This document shows, in pieces, positions 35,577 to 50,974 of a DNA stretch of 64,000 nt; within the stretch, counting starts at the first letter, position 1, and the number at the start of each line of letters is the position of its first letter. The translations under genes and the position numbers were made by a program. Source of the stretch: Octopus vulgaris (Eukaryota); assembly GCA_951406725.2 (NCBI GenBank), contig OX597822.1, positions 110,298,001 through 110,362,000 on the forward strand. The letters run 5' to 3'. The notes beneath the pieces were generated by a model. It did not search any database. It worked only from the letters and a program-made list of their open reading frames with translations, and had not been told where the DNA came from.

Positions 35577-36121
35577 GTATATTTATATGTATACATATAT
35601 ATGGGTGTATGTGTGTACGTACATGCATATGTGTGTACGTACATGCATATGTACGTACGTACCTATCTACCTATTTACCTACCTACCCACCTACCCACCT
35701 ACCTGCCCACCTACCCACCTACATACCTACCTACCCACCTACCTACACACATACATACATACATACATACATACATACATACATACATACATACCTGAGG
35801 ATATACACACTTATAACGAGTAAAGTTGAATTGATGTGTCACCTTTTTAGCTGAATGTTTCATGATGCTCTAAGCTGCAGCCTTCAGATAATTGCACGAT
35901 ATTTCGGGAAGTATCAGAGATGCAAAACTGGACACCTGAAATAATCGAATGAATTCTCAATAAACCAGCGCCACGCCCACACGCTTCCCAAATCATTTAT
36001 AACCTAAAAACCTACCAGCGAATAGAGCACTCTCTGAGCCCTGATAACCACAAAGCCCAGCAAACAGACAGACAACTATGACAGCGATTCAGCCTCATAA
36101 TATAGTAATCTTTATCGTCTA

Positions 36122-36519
36122 CTAGCAGTATCGCCCGGCGTTGCTCGGGTTTGTAAGGGAAATAACTATATAAGCATTTTTAGAGAGTTATAGACAAAAA
36201 ATAGCCAAAAAATGCATTAAAAATGGAAAGGAAATTATGGTAATTTTTTTTTTAAATCGTTGACTCATCGTTGACATTTTTAGATAGTTACTTCCCTTAT
36301 ATAATAGCGAAAAAATGCATTAAAATGGAAAAAACTAATGGTAAACTTTTTTTTAAATCGTAGACTCATCGTAGACGCGCGCTAATACCCAGAAGGGCTC
36401 GATATGAATCACGACTATAAGATACCCGGTTTTGGTTAAACTGCACCGCAAAATGTGGGAGTAGTTAGGAATCTAAATCGTAGGAGACAGACACACAACT
36501 TCACTTTTATATATAAAGA
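36122..36519 (-). mobile_element. Non-autonomous Helitron, same family
   Basis: TC...hairpin-CTAG on minus; A/T flanks. Confidence 0.92.
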
Positions 36520-37669
36520 TATTCCGTCAGACAGCTAACACTAGGACGTGAATCCAGAACTTTGATACCGTTCTACCAGCTCCTTCCATACATGCTGCTG
36601 CAAGTAGTGCATGCAACAGCACCCATAGACGTTTTCATATTTACACATGCACATGTATTTGTATTCAAGTACTTATACATACTCTTTTATATGTATATAA
36701 GTTTACATATATACATGCACACACACATACACATATAAGCTTACATATATAGATGCACACACACACACACACATTCGATCTAGTAGAATTCTGTACTCAA
36801 ATGCCCAATAACATTACAAATCCATTTATTTAATATTTCTTGCCATCAAAACTGACACGATTTTATGTCAACGTATATATTTATGTCACCCAGACTCGTC
36901 ACAATCTACAACCATTTGTTAATACAAAATATATTCCCATCCTGAGTTTTCTATCCAATAAAATATCCATCTCTAATTTATTCTGTATTTTGTCTTCTAA
37001 GTTAGTTTAATCTATATCTTCGAACTTTGCAATTTCAACAACTTCCCGGAGTTTAGAGAAATTTAGGCTCCTTATAAAATCCTCAATACTGAATCAAAGA
37101 ACTCTTAGTATAATATTTACAAAGAATTGCCTTCTATGAAATGTGCTTTTAGTGCTGTGGTTATGCTTTATCACTTCGAGAGTTATCCACTCTTGCTCAC
37201 TGTGTAAGATAACTCTCTCTTTGGTAGATCTCTAATTTTAATTCTAAGAGGAACCCTGTACTACAGAACCTCCCTAACAACATATGCTCTTTCCTGCATT
37301 ACTTCTAGAAGTTTCTGTTTAATGCGAAAATGTAATTTTTTTTCGCAGTACGTAACTTTTCCACTCCAAGCATGATTGATTTGATTAGCGTCTATAAGAG
37401 AGCAAGTAAAAAACACAAAACGCAAATTTAATGTAAAACGAAGATAATAACAAACAAATATAAACTGACACATGAAGAAAAACAAGCAGATGCAGGCACA
37501 TTTTTAGAGATAAATATTAATGATAGATTCCTAAATGACATCAATAGATGTACTGGGCCGAAATATGTAAAAATATATATAATTTGAGAAAAGTAATGCA
37601 TTTGTAATGCATTAAAGTTATTTCATTTTCCTAGCTTTGTAGTAAATGCCAAATTGCATGCCTTTTTAC

Positions 37670-37772
37670 AAACGTATGTATACATAAGTATACATAAGTG
37701 TGGTGGCGTGTAGATATATGCATTCTTCGCGTATACGCATAAATGTGCGAGTTTATCAACACTTACGTATAC

Positions 37773-37838
<66 letters not shown>

Positions 37839-38201
37839 GCATACATCACATGCGAACGCCCGCATGTGTGTATGTATGCATTTATGTGTGTGTGTATTTG
37901 TGTATATGCACACGCACACATCAACAAACGTACACAAACTTGTATATGTGCATACATATACGTAAAATCCTTTATACGCATATGCGCATTTAACTATTAG
38001 ATATGAATAATCGTATATATTTACGCGGATGTATACACGCACAGGCATGCATACAAAATTAAATTCATGCATACATATTCTCATACAGACATACACCCGT
38101 GAGCACATACGCCAATATACCCACGCACGTTTACATATACACAGACTCACACAAGTGTGAGCGTACGTATGTACGTACAGACATGCATGTGTGTATGTGT
38201 G

Positions 38202-38254
<53 letters not shown>

Positions 38255-38320
38255 GTGTGTGTGTGTGTGTGTTTGTGTATGTGCACATATATACATAAAT
38301 ACATATACACATATATGTAC
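37670..38320. repeat. Alternating purine-pyrimidine low-complexity region (TA/TG/CA)
   Basis: Direct. Confidence 0.85.
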
Positions 38321-38899
38321 CCAAACAAACAAATATAATTACGTTCTGCTTACACTAACGGGTACACATAAACACTCGTTTATGGATCTAAATATATTAA
38401 AACACCGTATATTAAAAATCCAATATCGGTAAATGTGAATTCAGCGACAATAACAAGAACAACAAAACAAATAAATCGAAATCTACCCCCTCCACCACCA
38501 TCACCTCAGCCAAGAAATCGATCACTTTGGTTATATATTGAACATGATGACCGGTAATATGTAAAGATGGCGGCGTTTTGCATTAGAATTCTTATAAATA
38601 ATGTTTCCACAGAAGCGAAATAGCTCAGCGAATATTTTGTTGGATTACCTTTTCATAAATCTTCAGTTCAGATCCATCGAAAGCATTTATGTTTATATCA
38701 GGACAAGACACATAATATTCTGTGTCTAACTTCGTCTCTTTTACAATGCTAAACATTAGGGCTGTTGAACTTGTGATATGTATATGCTGCATTATATAGG
38801 CTGGTGTCTTATATAACCTGATGTCCGGGATAAAACCCTAGCTAATATTATAAGTTGGGGTTTTATCCAGGAGTGGAGTTAACTGTTTTGCCAATCGAC

Positions 38900-39118
38900 T
38901 GTCCCCACTTCCCCACAATTGCTGGCCTTGTGCCAAAATTTGAAACCAGCATTAGTAATATCATAAAGGTAGCGAGTTGGCAAAACGTTAACGCGCGAAC
39001 AAGATGCTTAGTGATATTTTGTCCGGCTTCACATTCTAAGTTAACTTTCCCTTTCATTCTTTCGGGGTCGATAGTGTAAATGCCAGTTGAGTACTGGAGT
39101 CGATGTAATCGACTTAAT
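38900..39118 (+). mobile_element. Decayed SINE family C
   Basis: AAGGTAGCGAGTTGGCAAAACGTTA head; CTTTCATTCTTTCGGGGTCGAT. Confidence 0.7.
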
Positions 39119-39472
39119 CTCCTCCATCTCCTCTCCCCTCCTCCTCCATCCCAAACTTCCTCCCTCTCCTCTCCTCCTCCTCTCCTCCCCTCCCTATCTC
39201 CTCCGCCATCCTCCTTCTCCGTTATTCCCCTCCTCTCCTCCTCCCATCCTCCTCCTCTCCCTCCACCTCCTCACCTCCTCCCCTAATCCTCCCCCATCCT
39301 CCTCCTGGCTTCTCCTCTCCTCTCCCCCCCTCCCCCCGTCTGACCCCTCCCCGCCTCATCTCACCTCTTCATCTCCCTACACCCGCCCCGCCTCCCTCCC
39401 CCTCCACCTGATCCCCTCCTCCCCTCCTCTTCCCCTTACCCCCCATCTTCCCTCATCCTCAAATTTCCTCCC
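39119..39472. repeat. Polypyrimidine (CCT-rich) tract
   Basis: Direct; false Pro/Ser ORFs. Confidence 0.9.
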
Positions 39473-39764
39473 TTTTTACGTTTACCTATAGTGGGCCTGA
39501 GCACATTTGAGAGGAAGATAGAAAAGTGCAAGTGTAATCCTAGATCCTTGTCTTACTCCACTTCAGCATGATTTGTTATGAATTCGGTAATATCAGCATT
39601 TACATTGTCGTGCGGGAAAATCAAAGATCAAGACGACATTTCCTGGGGAAGCAAGTTAACCCAACACTTTTTACAAAGTTTCACCATATACGGAATGAAA
39701 TACTTCAAGGAAGTCAAAGAAAACTAGGTATAGTATTTTGTACAACCATGTAACTAGAAATATG

Positions 39765-39935
39765 TAAGTCGATTACATCGACCCCAGTGATCAACTGGTA
39801 CTTTTTTTTATGGACCCCGAAAGGATAAAAGGCAAAGTCGACCCTGGCGGCATTTGAATACAGAACATAACGACAGACGAAATGCCGTAAGGCATTGGGC
39901 CTGGCGTGCTATCGATTCTGCTAGCTCGCCGCCTT
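39765..39935 (-). mobile_element. SINE family C
   Basis: Head and central domain match other copies. Confidence 0.8.
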
Positions 39936-40737
39936 AACTTTTGTTAAATATTGGTATACCACTAGAAATTGGTATACAACTATTGGTATACCACTAGAAA
40001 TTGGTATACAACATTGGTATACAATTAGAAATCTTCATGTAGTGTATGGTCAGTTAAACTATACAGAGTGCTCGTTTTAAAACTAGAATCAGTAATTTGT
40101 AATCGAGGCACCTTTTGTGTAGGTGAGGGTTAGTTGATTTAATAGACTTCTTTACTTGACCGGTACTTTAGTTTGTTGACCTCGAAAGGATGAAGTTGAC
40201 CTTCGTGGAATTTGAACTCAGAATGTAATAGGACGTACCAAAATACATTCTACCAAATATCGATCTCAAACATTGGCAGAGTGATAGCAAATTTGAAGGA
40301 GAATATATTCGTTTAAATCAAGCACAGTACTTGAATAGTAATTTATTTTATCGATCGCATTTATTTTGAATCCAAGACTGCATCTTTATGAAAGCAAGGC
40401 ATTCACTTTCACATCGTGCTTCAGTGTCGCAGTAACAATTCGATTCCAAAACCTTTCCATCATTTATTCTAACGTGAAACTTAAATATAGCTTTCTTCCT
40501 GTCTCAGCAGTTGAATAAATTCTTTTTAGTGATGAGAGTAAACTGGGATTAAAGGAAAAAAGACATGTTGAGATATTCCAATTGTATATTGTTTTCTTTT
40601 TGTTTGTAAATGTAAAATTGTTATCATTTTTGCCATAACATTTCTATTTTCTGCCTTTAAAATTCAGCATCACTAAAAAAAAATGTACAAAATATTTTAA
40701 AAGTTCAGTCATAGTTTACCCAGAATGCTCACAGCCT

Positions 40738-41322
40738 TACATACATACATACGTACATACATACATACATTCATACATACATACATACGTACGTACGTAC
40801 ATACATACATACATACATACATACATACATACATACATACATACGTACGTACATACATACATTCATACATACATACATACGTACGTACGTACATACATAC
40901 ATACATACATACATACATGCATACATACATACATACATACATTCATACATACATGTACATATATATGTGCATGTATGCAGATATGGATGTACAAACCCCT
41001 ACACATTCGTGGTCTGGCGTACGTACATACACCCACATACATACATGTATATATGTATGTGTATGTACATATATATGCACACATATATGTATATATATGT
41101 ACATGCATATATATGCATATATACATACATATGCACATATATATGTACATGCATATATACAGGTGCATATATATGTACATATATATGCGTGTATGTACAA
41201 ATATATGTGCATATATGTTGGTACATATATGTATGTATATGTATATATTTATATATGTATATGTATATGTATATATATGAGTGTATGAATGTATGCGTGT
41301 GTGTATATGTTTATGTATGTAG
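40738..41322. repeat. (TACA)n/(TACG)n and (TA/TG) low-complexity region
   Basis: Direct. Confidence 0.92.
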
Positions 41323-42379
41323 ATGCACAAAGACGTGTTTGCAAGACCACAATAAATACAGCTTTGCGTGTTGGTTCCTACAAAGAAAGATAGAGATCTA
41401 CCAGCAAAAATGTTGTATGTCAGACAAAATAACATGAAAAAGCGAGTGAAAAAAGCTTTTAAACATGGACGATGATAGTAATCTACTACAGAGCAGATAA
41501 ACAGATTTTCTCTGATTTGTATAAAATGCTAGAAAAATCTGATAATCGGAAAGACGAAACTAAGTAATGTTACACAATATGAAGATGTTATCTGTTGTAG
41601 CGCTGATAGCCATGTGATATGTCAGTTTGAAGACAAAATAAAACGAACAAAAAACAAAAATACAACAAAAAAAAACAAGCAAACGATGCAAAATAAAATA
41701 CCTAAAATAATAACGATGAAACAAACATCGTTTTTCTATCATATAAACTAGAAAAATTTTAAGAAATACAAAAATGATTTAGTTATTGCATATTATAAAT
41801 ATCAAAAGTCGTAGGTGGTTATATAGTTAATATGTGAAAGTGTCGACAGTGCATACGCTGTCGTCGGAAGACATGCACCATGACCATAATAGAAACTCTT
41901 ATTAATTGAATGGATAAGTCAACCTAGCTGTAAAGGGATACCACATATAGGTATAGAATTTTTCCTTTGAGATGTTGCAGTATATGTTTTTTTTTTATAT
42001 AATGATTTGCAAGCGGATTCTTACACGTTTGACCAGGTTTGACCAGGGTTCATTGCATTCCTGCTGATGAGAGTGGCATAGGGATGGCTTTGAATTAGTT
42101 CAAAGTAAGTATTGCAAGAAGCTTCGTTCGAAAAAATAACAAAAGAAAACAATTTGTCGCTTTTCTCAATAGTGTTAAAGTTCCCAAAAAATAAACGCAT
42201 ACATGCACATTAGCACGTACACACACACGAATGCACACACATACGAATGCACACACACACACATACGAATGTACACACACACACGAATATATATTTCAGA
42301 GTTATACCGAGAAGATATGTGAAGGAGGGACGAATAAAAATGAAAATGAATCACATATACATTTATATGTATGTACGTA

Positions 42380-42413
<34 letters not shown>

Positions 42414-42584
42414 AATGAAAGAATGAAAGTATGTATGTATTTGTGTGTGCGTATGAATGTATGTAATTGTGTGTATGTATGTATGTACGTATGTATGCAC
42501 GTGTGTATGTGTGTGCATATGTATGTCTTTGTATGCATGTTTATATGCATTTGTGAGTGTGTGTTCTATTTTGTAATTATTATG

Positions 42585-42735
42585 AATCGTCCACTGTGGA
42601 GGCAGCCGGTTTCCAACAAAGATACAAGGATCAATCTTTGGGATGTAATTAACACAGACAAATTCCCATTGGAACTTCAGAAAAGTCTTGCATATTTTTA
42701 CTATTCTACTCACAGATTGGACTTGTGTTATCCCT
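42585..42735 (-). mobile_element. 3' end of an RLE LINE, same family as 43640-44590
   Basis: Reverse complement matches 44430-44580. Confidence 0.75.
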
Positions 42736-42739
42736 GAAT

Positions 42740-43630
42740 TGATAGAGGCGAAAACCTCTGAAGCTGGGTTGTTTGCTATTGGAGCAAATGTCGATGTGTT
42801 CGCTGAATGCTATTTTTCCTGTTTTTCGGAAATTTGATCTGGGATCTGCGCAGAGCCATCATTTGAGGTAGACTGCTTTTGATTTGGCCTATGTATTGCT
42901 CACGACACCCAGAACAAGTTAAATCGTATATCAGTTTCTCCTAAGCACATGTAAGGTTGCTTTTCACTGTGAAACATTGACTCTGTTTGAAAGAGAATTC
43001 TGATCTCTCAATTGACACGTATACCACAGTTAAGTCTTCCGCACTTTTTACTGACGGCTTCAGTGTTGTTGTTGAGCGTATTCAGGCTTGTGTTAAGAGA
43101 CTTTTCATATATTTGGGCTGTCTCTTGCTCTTGATGATGGTGTGCGTTTGGAGGATTAAATTCGTCCCTTTTAAGTAGGGGTATGTTTTGGAGGATGGTG
43201 TCGAATGCTTCATTATTAAGAGGGTTGTGTGTGGAGATGTATGGTAGGGCTTTTGGTTGTAAATCAATCTTTAATTTGGGATGTCTGAGTTCGTGGATTT
43301 TGATTTGCAGGGCGCATTGAAAGCATATATCAGTTAGTGGTGTTGGGTAGTTCCTGGTGATGAGTGCATAATTTAGTTCTTGTAGTCGTATGTTCCTGGT
43401 GTTTGTATTAGAAACTATAGAGATATTTGAAAGAGATATTCTAGTGTCTGGAGTGGCATGAGTTGTTTGAGGTCCGTGAGCTTATAGTATATATCTGTTT
43501 CTATTTCGTCGATAGATTTCTTAATGTGGATATCGAGGAAGGGAATTTGTTGATGGCTATATTCCATTGTGAATTGAATGTTTACGTCAAGTCCATTTTA
43601 AGTGCTTGAAATTCTTTAAGTCTCTCTAAA
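42740..43630 (-). mobile_element. Decayed Penelope-like element: RT thumb and GIY-YIG
   Basis: NIQFTMEYSHQQIPFLDIHI, ETDIYYKLTD, LIYDLTCSG..REQYIGQ. Confidence 0.85.
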
Positions 43631-43639
43631 TTTCATTCC

Positions 43640-44590
43640 TCATGATCTACTATTCAGGCTAAAATCAGCTGGACTCTCTTACCTCAGAGAAGACCTGGAT
43701 GGAAAGCACTCAGCATATAAAAAAATCGACCATGCATACTGGTATACTGTCCGGAAGCTTAAAGAAGACAGTAGAATGGACACGAAGCGTAACCTCTCTA
43801 GCACACAAGACCACTATATCACATCGCACGTTGAAGGCCATGCGTTTGCAATCCAGGAATAGATTGTCACAAAGTACCTGGTGAACAAGAGACAGGGACG
43901 GTCTTGTATTTCCAAGGTGCAACCGCATGTGTAGGCTATGTCATGTTTCTGTGGAAGACATCACGCGCTTGATTAGCAGCTGTCCTACAATGTCGTCACG
44001 GTACTACCTCCCTATGCTGCACGATGTTGTTGCTAAAACAATTTACAATGCCATCCGCAAAAAAACACTTTCCTGAAATAAGCTTAGAAAATCCCTGTTT
44101 TATGGAATACATTGATAAACACCAACTCAAGGTATACTGGTGGAATATTCCCATCAAAACTCATGTCAAATGTAAGCATAACATGCTGGATATTGTTGTT
44201 TGGGATATAAGGGCAAAGGTATGTGCCATCATAGAGGTTAGCTACCCTGCAGATATAAATATCTCTTTAAAAATCTATGGACAACTGCTTCGAAACCGCC
44301 AGCTTCTATAGTCAGACTATGAATTCACATTCATATCAATGATAATTGGAGCACTAGGTTTTGTTAGTAAATGCTTAAAGGAGAATCTGGATAAACTGAG
44401 ATTTTCAGAAAGAGAAACTGACCATCTGATTCGTACATTACAAGTTCAATCTGTGAGTGGAACAGTAAAAATATGCAAGACTTTTCTCAAGTTTCAAATG
44501 TGAATTTATCTGTGTTAACTACATCCCAGAGATGAATCCTTGTATCTTTGTTACAACTGGGTCCCTCTTCGGGGGAAGATTTATTATAGT
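43640..44590 (+). mobile_element. Decayed RLE LINE 3' fragment
   Basis: CRLCHVSVEDITRLISSCP, HDVVAK, KHNMLDIVVWD...IIEVS, KICKTFLKF. Confidence 0.85.
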
Positions 44591-44666
44591 TAAAAGTAGA
44601 AGACACACACGCACACACCCATAGTATTTTTTTATAATTTACCAACACCTATTCCCCATAGGAGGG

Positions 44667-44938
44667 TGTAGCCACAACAAGACACACACCAGGTATTTCA
44701 TTCATTTCTCAGATCAAAAGGGCGAGCCCCGTCCTATGATCGGGTCAATGTATGAAAGCAAACCCCGATAAAATATTAGATATTTTAAATCCTTGACACA
44801 CGTTGGAGATTAATCAATGTATTTACATGACGTACTTCGCGAGACTACCAAAACGCTTTCTCTCGACTATTACCGACCTCTACTTTTTATAACAGTTCTG
44901 CCAATCCACCAGGAGTGTCAATGACTCTCGCCACAACA
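44667..44938 (-). mobile_element. 3' LTR of a Gypsy element, 272 bp
   Basis: Minus strand TGTTG...CTACA termini, immediately preceded by purine tract AAGGTGGGAGA; TATAAAA inside; downstream of the integrase fragment. Confidence 0.7.
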
Positions 44939-45299
44939 TCTCCCACCTTGAGATTGACTTCCATTAGAAGTTAATATCATCATTTTTATTTATTTTTCTT
45001 TCATCACATCTCCCTTTTTTGATATTTTCCTGCTAGAGAGGTTTTATATTTCTTCCGTTTAGGGACTACTTCCAGCCTTTCTGTTTGTATCCTTTTTCTT
45101 GTACTACTACGACTAGGTCCGATTACGTGTGGCGTTGGAACATCAAAGGTGCTATAGAGCACTTCCATGGGTATCTCCTTTCTTCTTTTGTGCTCCTATT
45201 TTTTGCCTGTTATATATATCAGTTTTACTACTCCATCTTCCCAACCTTGTCTCCCATTTGTATATTTTGAAAAACACCTTGTCACCAATATCAAAAAGA

Positions 45300-45725
45300 A
45301 ATTGTTGTATTTTTAGTGTTTTCACTATTGCTTTTTTTACTGTTAGCAGCTTGTGAACATTTGATTTTATTTCTCGACATTTGGGTTTGGTGTTATTCTA
45401 TAAACCCTCATTGTGTGAATGCTGCATCATCGACCAGCACGTTTTTTGAATTCTTTAATGCTCTTTTAAATGTATCCACAAACCTTTTCGCTTGCGCGCT
45501 AAATCTTGGGTGACATGGAGGAGTAGTAATATGTTCAATTCAGTACATCTTGCAAAAATTCTTAAATCCATTCGCCGTGAATTGTCTACCGTTATTGGAG
45601 ACTTGGAATCCAGAGCGCCATACCTAGCAAAAGGTTCGTGTAGGAATTCATCTGTTACCGTGGATGTTGGTTTTCTGCATTTACACATTTCTGGCCATTT
45701 AGTAAAGCTATCAACCATAATTGGA
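45300..45725 (-). pseudogene. Ty3/Gypsy integrase fragment
   Basis: MVDSFTKWPE, FARYG, HITTPPCHPR..AQAKRFVDTFKRAL. Confidence 0.85.
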
Positions 45726-46053
45726 TAATATGATCGGTTTAACGGTTCTGCGAAGAGAAAGAAACAAATACTTTTTCCAAGTTACAGTCTCTAAGCGGAA
45801 CAGATCCCCCCCCACACACACACACACAGAAAGATTTCTCTCAAGTTCGGAACGTAAATTTGTTTTAAATCCAAATTCTCGGGATGAAATGTATCTTTGT
45901 TAGAAACGAGATCTTTCATTGGAGGAGGATTTCAAATAATTAAAAATAGAAGAAAACATACAATCATACATACATACATCCATCCATACATAGATGCATA
46001 TATACATACATGCATACATAACACATACATACATACATACATACATACATACA

Positions 46054-46087
<34 letters not shown>

Positions 46088-46468
46088 CATACATACTTCG
46101 GCTTTCGTAATTTTACGTTGTCGGTATTTTCCTGTCCGATAAATGTTTTCACCCAACCTATCTGCTATATGGTAACTCTATCCGATCCATATCGTATATT
46201 TCTTAGAGTAAAAAATATAACATAGAAGTTGTTTTTCTTCACTTCACACAAACACGTATATTCTAAATATAATCCGTTATGAATCGTATTTTTACAAAAC
46301 GAAAACACTTTCGACTTAAATCTTTTGCCTTCCTCCTACTGTTGTTAGTACATATGTCTCCTCATCTATTTTTGTCTTATTCGACTTCTCACCCCTCCGC
46401 ATTATCTAGGATACTCTCATTCTCTTCCTATACCTCGCTTCATTTTCATAAATACACATGAGTGTGTA

Positions 46469-46578
<110 letters not shown>

Positions 46579-47021
46579 GGTGTGTGTTTATATATATATG
46601 TGTGTGTGTGTGTGTACATACATTCTAATTTAATCCTCTCCCAAATTAATTTAACAAGATCAAAAGATCGATTATTCTGTAGTTTATCACATATTAAAGT
46701 CAAACAAACATACGCGCGCACACACATATATACACGCAGATGTTTGAGTTTGTGTGTATATACATATATATATATATATATATCTAGTATATAGTGTATA
46801 CATACATACATATATATATATATATATCTTTGTTAGAAACCAGGTCTTTCATTGGAGGAGAAGTTCAAATAATCAAACATAGAAGAGGACATACAAAAAT
46901 ACATACATACATACATACATACATCCATACATAGATGCATATATACATACATGCCTACATAATTTTTGTATATACAAATACATTTTGTACACACGCACAT
47001 ACACGTAAGTATACGTATATA

Positions 47022-47988
47022 CGAGGGCGGACTGAAAATGTTCGTAGGCTAACTATCGAGAAGTTGAATTAAAGAGGGGAAGGGAGAGTATTTAAGATAA
47101 TATCCTGTCTGGACGTCCTGAAATTTCCACCAGCTTCACCAGTTGGTGATGGATAACGGACGATGGACTATAAATCAAATCGCCAATGATATTAGTATAT
47201 CTCTTGAAAGACTTGAGAATACTCTGCGCATGGACTTGGCATGACGAATGTTTATGCTCGGTAGGTGCCACGTGGTCTGAGACTTGAGGAAAAGTGCACC
47301 AGGCTAATAACAACACGGGAAAATCTGACATTGTTTGAGGCAAATCCAAATGGTTTTGCTGAACATTTGATAAGCCAGGATGAGTGTTGGTTTCATCAGT
47401 ATGAGCCAGAGACAAAGAGGCAATCTATGCAGTGGAGACACCCCTTTTCGCCTGCTCCAAAGAAGGCCAAGGTCGTTTCATCTGCAGAGGAGGTGAATTT
47501 TTCCCGTTTTGGGGATGCAAAAGGCATTGTGTTTATTGACTACCTTTAAAAGGGCCACTTCATCAGCGGAGATTACCATGTCAAATTGCTGAGGCAATTA
47601 CGAATGGCTATGAAGATCAAACTCCCATGACAACTGAGGAAAGGAGCCTTGTTTCATCAGAACAATGCTCCAGTACACACAAATACTTAGTTTCAATGGC
47701 TGCTGTGCGTGACTGGTTTTGAACCGGTTGATCTCCCGATCTGACCCTATCTGATTACCATCTATTCTCGAACACGAAGAAACACTTGATTCGGAACCAT
47801 TATCGCAGTGATAATGACGTCATGTTCCACTGTTGATGATCTTTTTGGTCAACTGTTTGAAATCTTCTAAATGGGATAGACACAATGCAACGCTAATAAA
47901 AGAAGTGTGTGGACTGTGAGGGGACCTTATTTGGTCACATTCCATGTGAGTATCTTAGTCGGCCTACCTAATCTTCAACCGACCCTTG
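47022..47988 (+). mobile_element. Mariner transposon, internally deleted, both TIRs, TA flanks
   Basis: TA-CGAGGG...CCCTTG-TA; QDECWFHQYEPETKRQSMQW, FHQNNAP, SPDLTLSDYHLF. Confidence 0.9.
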
Positions 47989-48921
47989 TATAGGTATGTT
48001 CTTGTGTGTATACGTCTATGCAATGTTCTGTTGCATAGTTTCTGTCTACTAAATTTCATTCACTAAGTATGTGTCATTCCGACTCTATAGTAAAAGGACA
48101 CTTGACTAAATTACAATATATATATATATATATATATGTAGCTGGAAGCCGGATAATGAAGTTGTGTAGAGAATTAACAACACAGTCATCATATAAGTGC
48201 TAGACGTCCGGCTAGTAGGGAAAGTAATTTATTGCAGTTTATGACTGGTATGCAACATAATGCGACTAAAAACTGCACTGTACATAGTCCGCAACCCTAC
48301 TGTGTCTGTGACACCTAATTTATCGTATCGTTTAAGTTTTGTTAATTTGCAGTAGCGGAGTTCAAATAGACTAGACTAAGGAAACACTGCTTTATCGCAG
48401 GTATGTCTACAATATCTCTTTAAAAAAATACGATAGCTCTCGAAACGTTGCTTCTCGTCTTATCTCCTGATAACACCTTTCGAAGGTCTACTTCACTCAG
48501 CAGTTTTCGGTGACATTAAAATATGCTACAGAGATAAAGTTTAGGGTCATTTCTATCTCCCTATTTGTCTCAGTCTAGCTGCAGTTTAAGAGGCAACTAT
48601 CCCTTTATTGCTTAATAACCTGCACTGTACCATACTCTCGCTTATCTTTTTAGATGCGTATTAACTTTATCACGACAGATCCCGCGGAGAATCCAGGGTT
48701 TGACAGCCATCTGGCTAGTACTTAATGTTCATTCTGCAAATTTGAGTAAACTGCAAAGACAGGTAACGAAGTTCTGTGGTCAAAGACAAGTTACCGTCCG
48801 GTCCAGGATTTGAACCCACGACATTACGATCGTGAACTTCACTTCCTAAATCTTGGCTGCCCGCTTTCTCTCACTAGGATCTAACCTGCAGTAAATACTT
48901 AACATGATATGATACTGTTTA

Positions 48922-49153
48922 AAGGTGGCGAGCAGGCAGAATCGTTAGCCCCCCGGGCGAAATGCGTAGCCGGATTTTATCTGCCGTTACGTCCTGAGTT
49001 CAAATTCCGCCGAGGTCGACTTTGCCTTGCATCCTTTCGGGGTCGATAAATGAAGTACCAGTTACGCATTGGGGTCGATATAATCAACTTAATCCGTTTG
49101 TCTGCCGTTGTTTGTCCCCTTTATTTTAGCCCCTCGTGGGTAATAAAGAAACA
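48922..49153 (+). mobile_element. Full-length SINE family C monomer with 16-bp TSD
   Basis: TSD GATATGATACTGTTTA at 48906-48921 and 49154-49169. Confidence 0.92.
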
Positions 49154-49968
49154 GATATGATACTGTTTACTCATGAAATAAAGGGTCCCTTTAATACAGA
49201 AGAAACAGTTCTTAATTTCATAGGGAAGGAGGTGTATTCGGGGGATGTCTGGTGAGATCTTTTGGCGTTAATGTCTTTTCCAAGGTTATCAATATCAAAC
49301 TGAAGCAAAATAAGAACAGGGAAACAAAGTTAGAAGTGGCGGAAGTGACAAAGTTTATAAATGGAAAAAAGTGTTCGCTCCGTTAGTATAGTTAATATAA
49401 AGTCTGAGGGCTCATTTATTCTTATATTTGTTTCCGTCATTTGACTGCAGCAAGCCATGTTGGAACACTGCCTTATAGGGTTCTTTAGTCGGAGAAACCT
49501 ACCATAAATGGCTAATATAAGTTAAATGAGACATGCTTATCTACATGACCGAAACAGCTGTAAGATACAGTCTATATTTATATTTATGTGTACTTATATT
49601 TATTTTCTATTATACGTATTCTACTTATTGTATAACATTACAATTTTATGTACACTCCTTCATGTACACTGTTTTACCCTACATTATTATGTTTAACCTT
49701 ATAGTTTCTTATGTGGTAGTTTAATAAAGTATGTGATTGAGTATTATCTGGTAATTGATATTTGATTTCGATGTATTTCTCCATTTTCTTATTTTGTATT
49801 ATGAATTTGTGGTAAAACAGTTTACCTTTGCGCATATAATACAATAAATGAATTAATTGTATCGCAATTCTTAACATTTATGTATTAACTTTGTTGCGTA
49901 CTTCACTAGCAGTATATTGGATATATGTTATCCCATGGGGGGTTGCATTTACAAACACTATCTCAATT

Positions 49969-50014
<46 letters not shown>

Positions 50015-50134
50015 TATATACATATATATATACACATATATATACATATATATATACACATATATATGTAAACGTATATCTACAAATATATGTAAATATA
50101 TATATACAACCGTTTTATGTATATATATATTTTT

Positions 50135-50272
50135 TGTTTCTTTATTACCCACAAGGGGCTAAACACAGAGGGGACAAACAAGGACAGACAAACGGATTAA
50201 GTCGATTACATCGACCCCAGTGCGTAACTGGTACTTAATTTATCGACCCCGAAAGGATGAAAGGCAAAGTCA
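50135..50272 (-). mobile_element. 5'-truncated SINE family C
   Basis: Tail and central domain only. Confidence 0.85.
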
Positions 50273-50539
50273 TATATGTATATATGTATATATGAAACGG
50301 TGAGGTTTATGTATATATATTCTATGCTTATATGCTTTATACATGTGTTTGCATGGGGGAGACTATTAGATAACCCGTTTCGTTCAATTTCTTCATCTTT
50401 TAAATTTTTATTTAGTATGGCATCTGAATATGCGCATTAAGCCTACTTGTGTTGAAATGTCTGTCCCTGTGTTCATCTCTCTCTCTCTCTTCACACACGC
50501 ACACACACACACGCGCGCGCGCGCACACAATAAAACACA

Positions 50540-50658
50540 TGCACACATAATATTAATTTAAGTATATGCTATGTATATATATATTTATATATGAATGTGC
50601 ATATACACCCACGCAAAGACACACACACTTGCACACATAATATTAATTTAAGTATATG

Positions 50659-50737
<79 letters not shown>

Positions 50738-50905
50738 ATATGAATGTAAGTATATGCTATATATATATATATATATATACATAATATGAATGTAAGTATA
50801 TGCTATATATATATATATACATATATATTATATATGAATGTGCATATACACCTACGCAAACACACACACACACACACTTGCACACAATATTAATTTAAGT
50901 ATATG

Positions 50906-50974
<69 letters not shown>

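Noticed and set aside
38564-38575. YY1-like AAGATGGCGGCG (also near 14879)
   Set aside because: Isolated motif with no other promoter evidence.
39597-39657. HCRAGKSK phosphatase-like motif
   Set aside because: Catalytic Arg absent, stops on both sides, no supporting exons.
40709-41437. Overlapping His/Tyr/Cys-rich ORFs
   Set aside because: Low-complexity (TACA)/(TA) repeats open in many frames.
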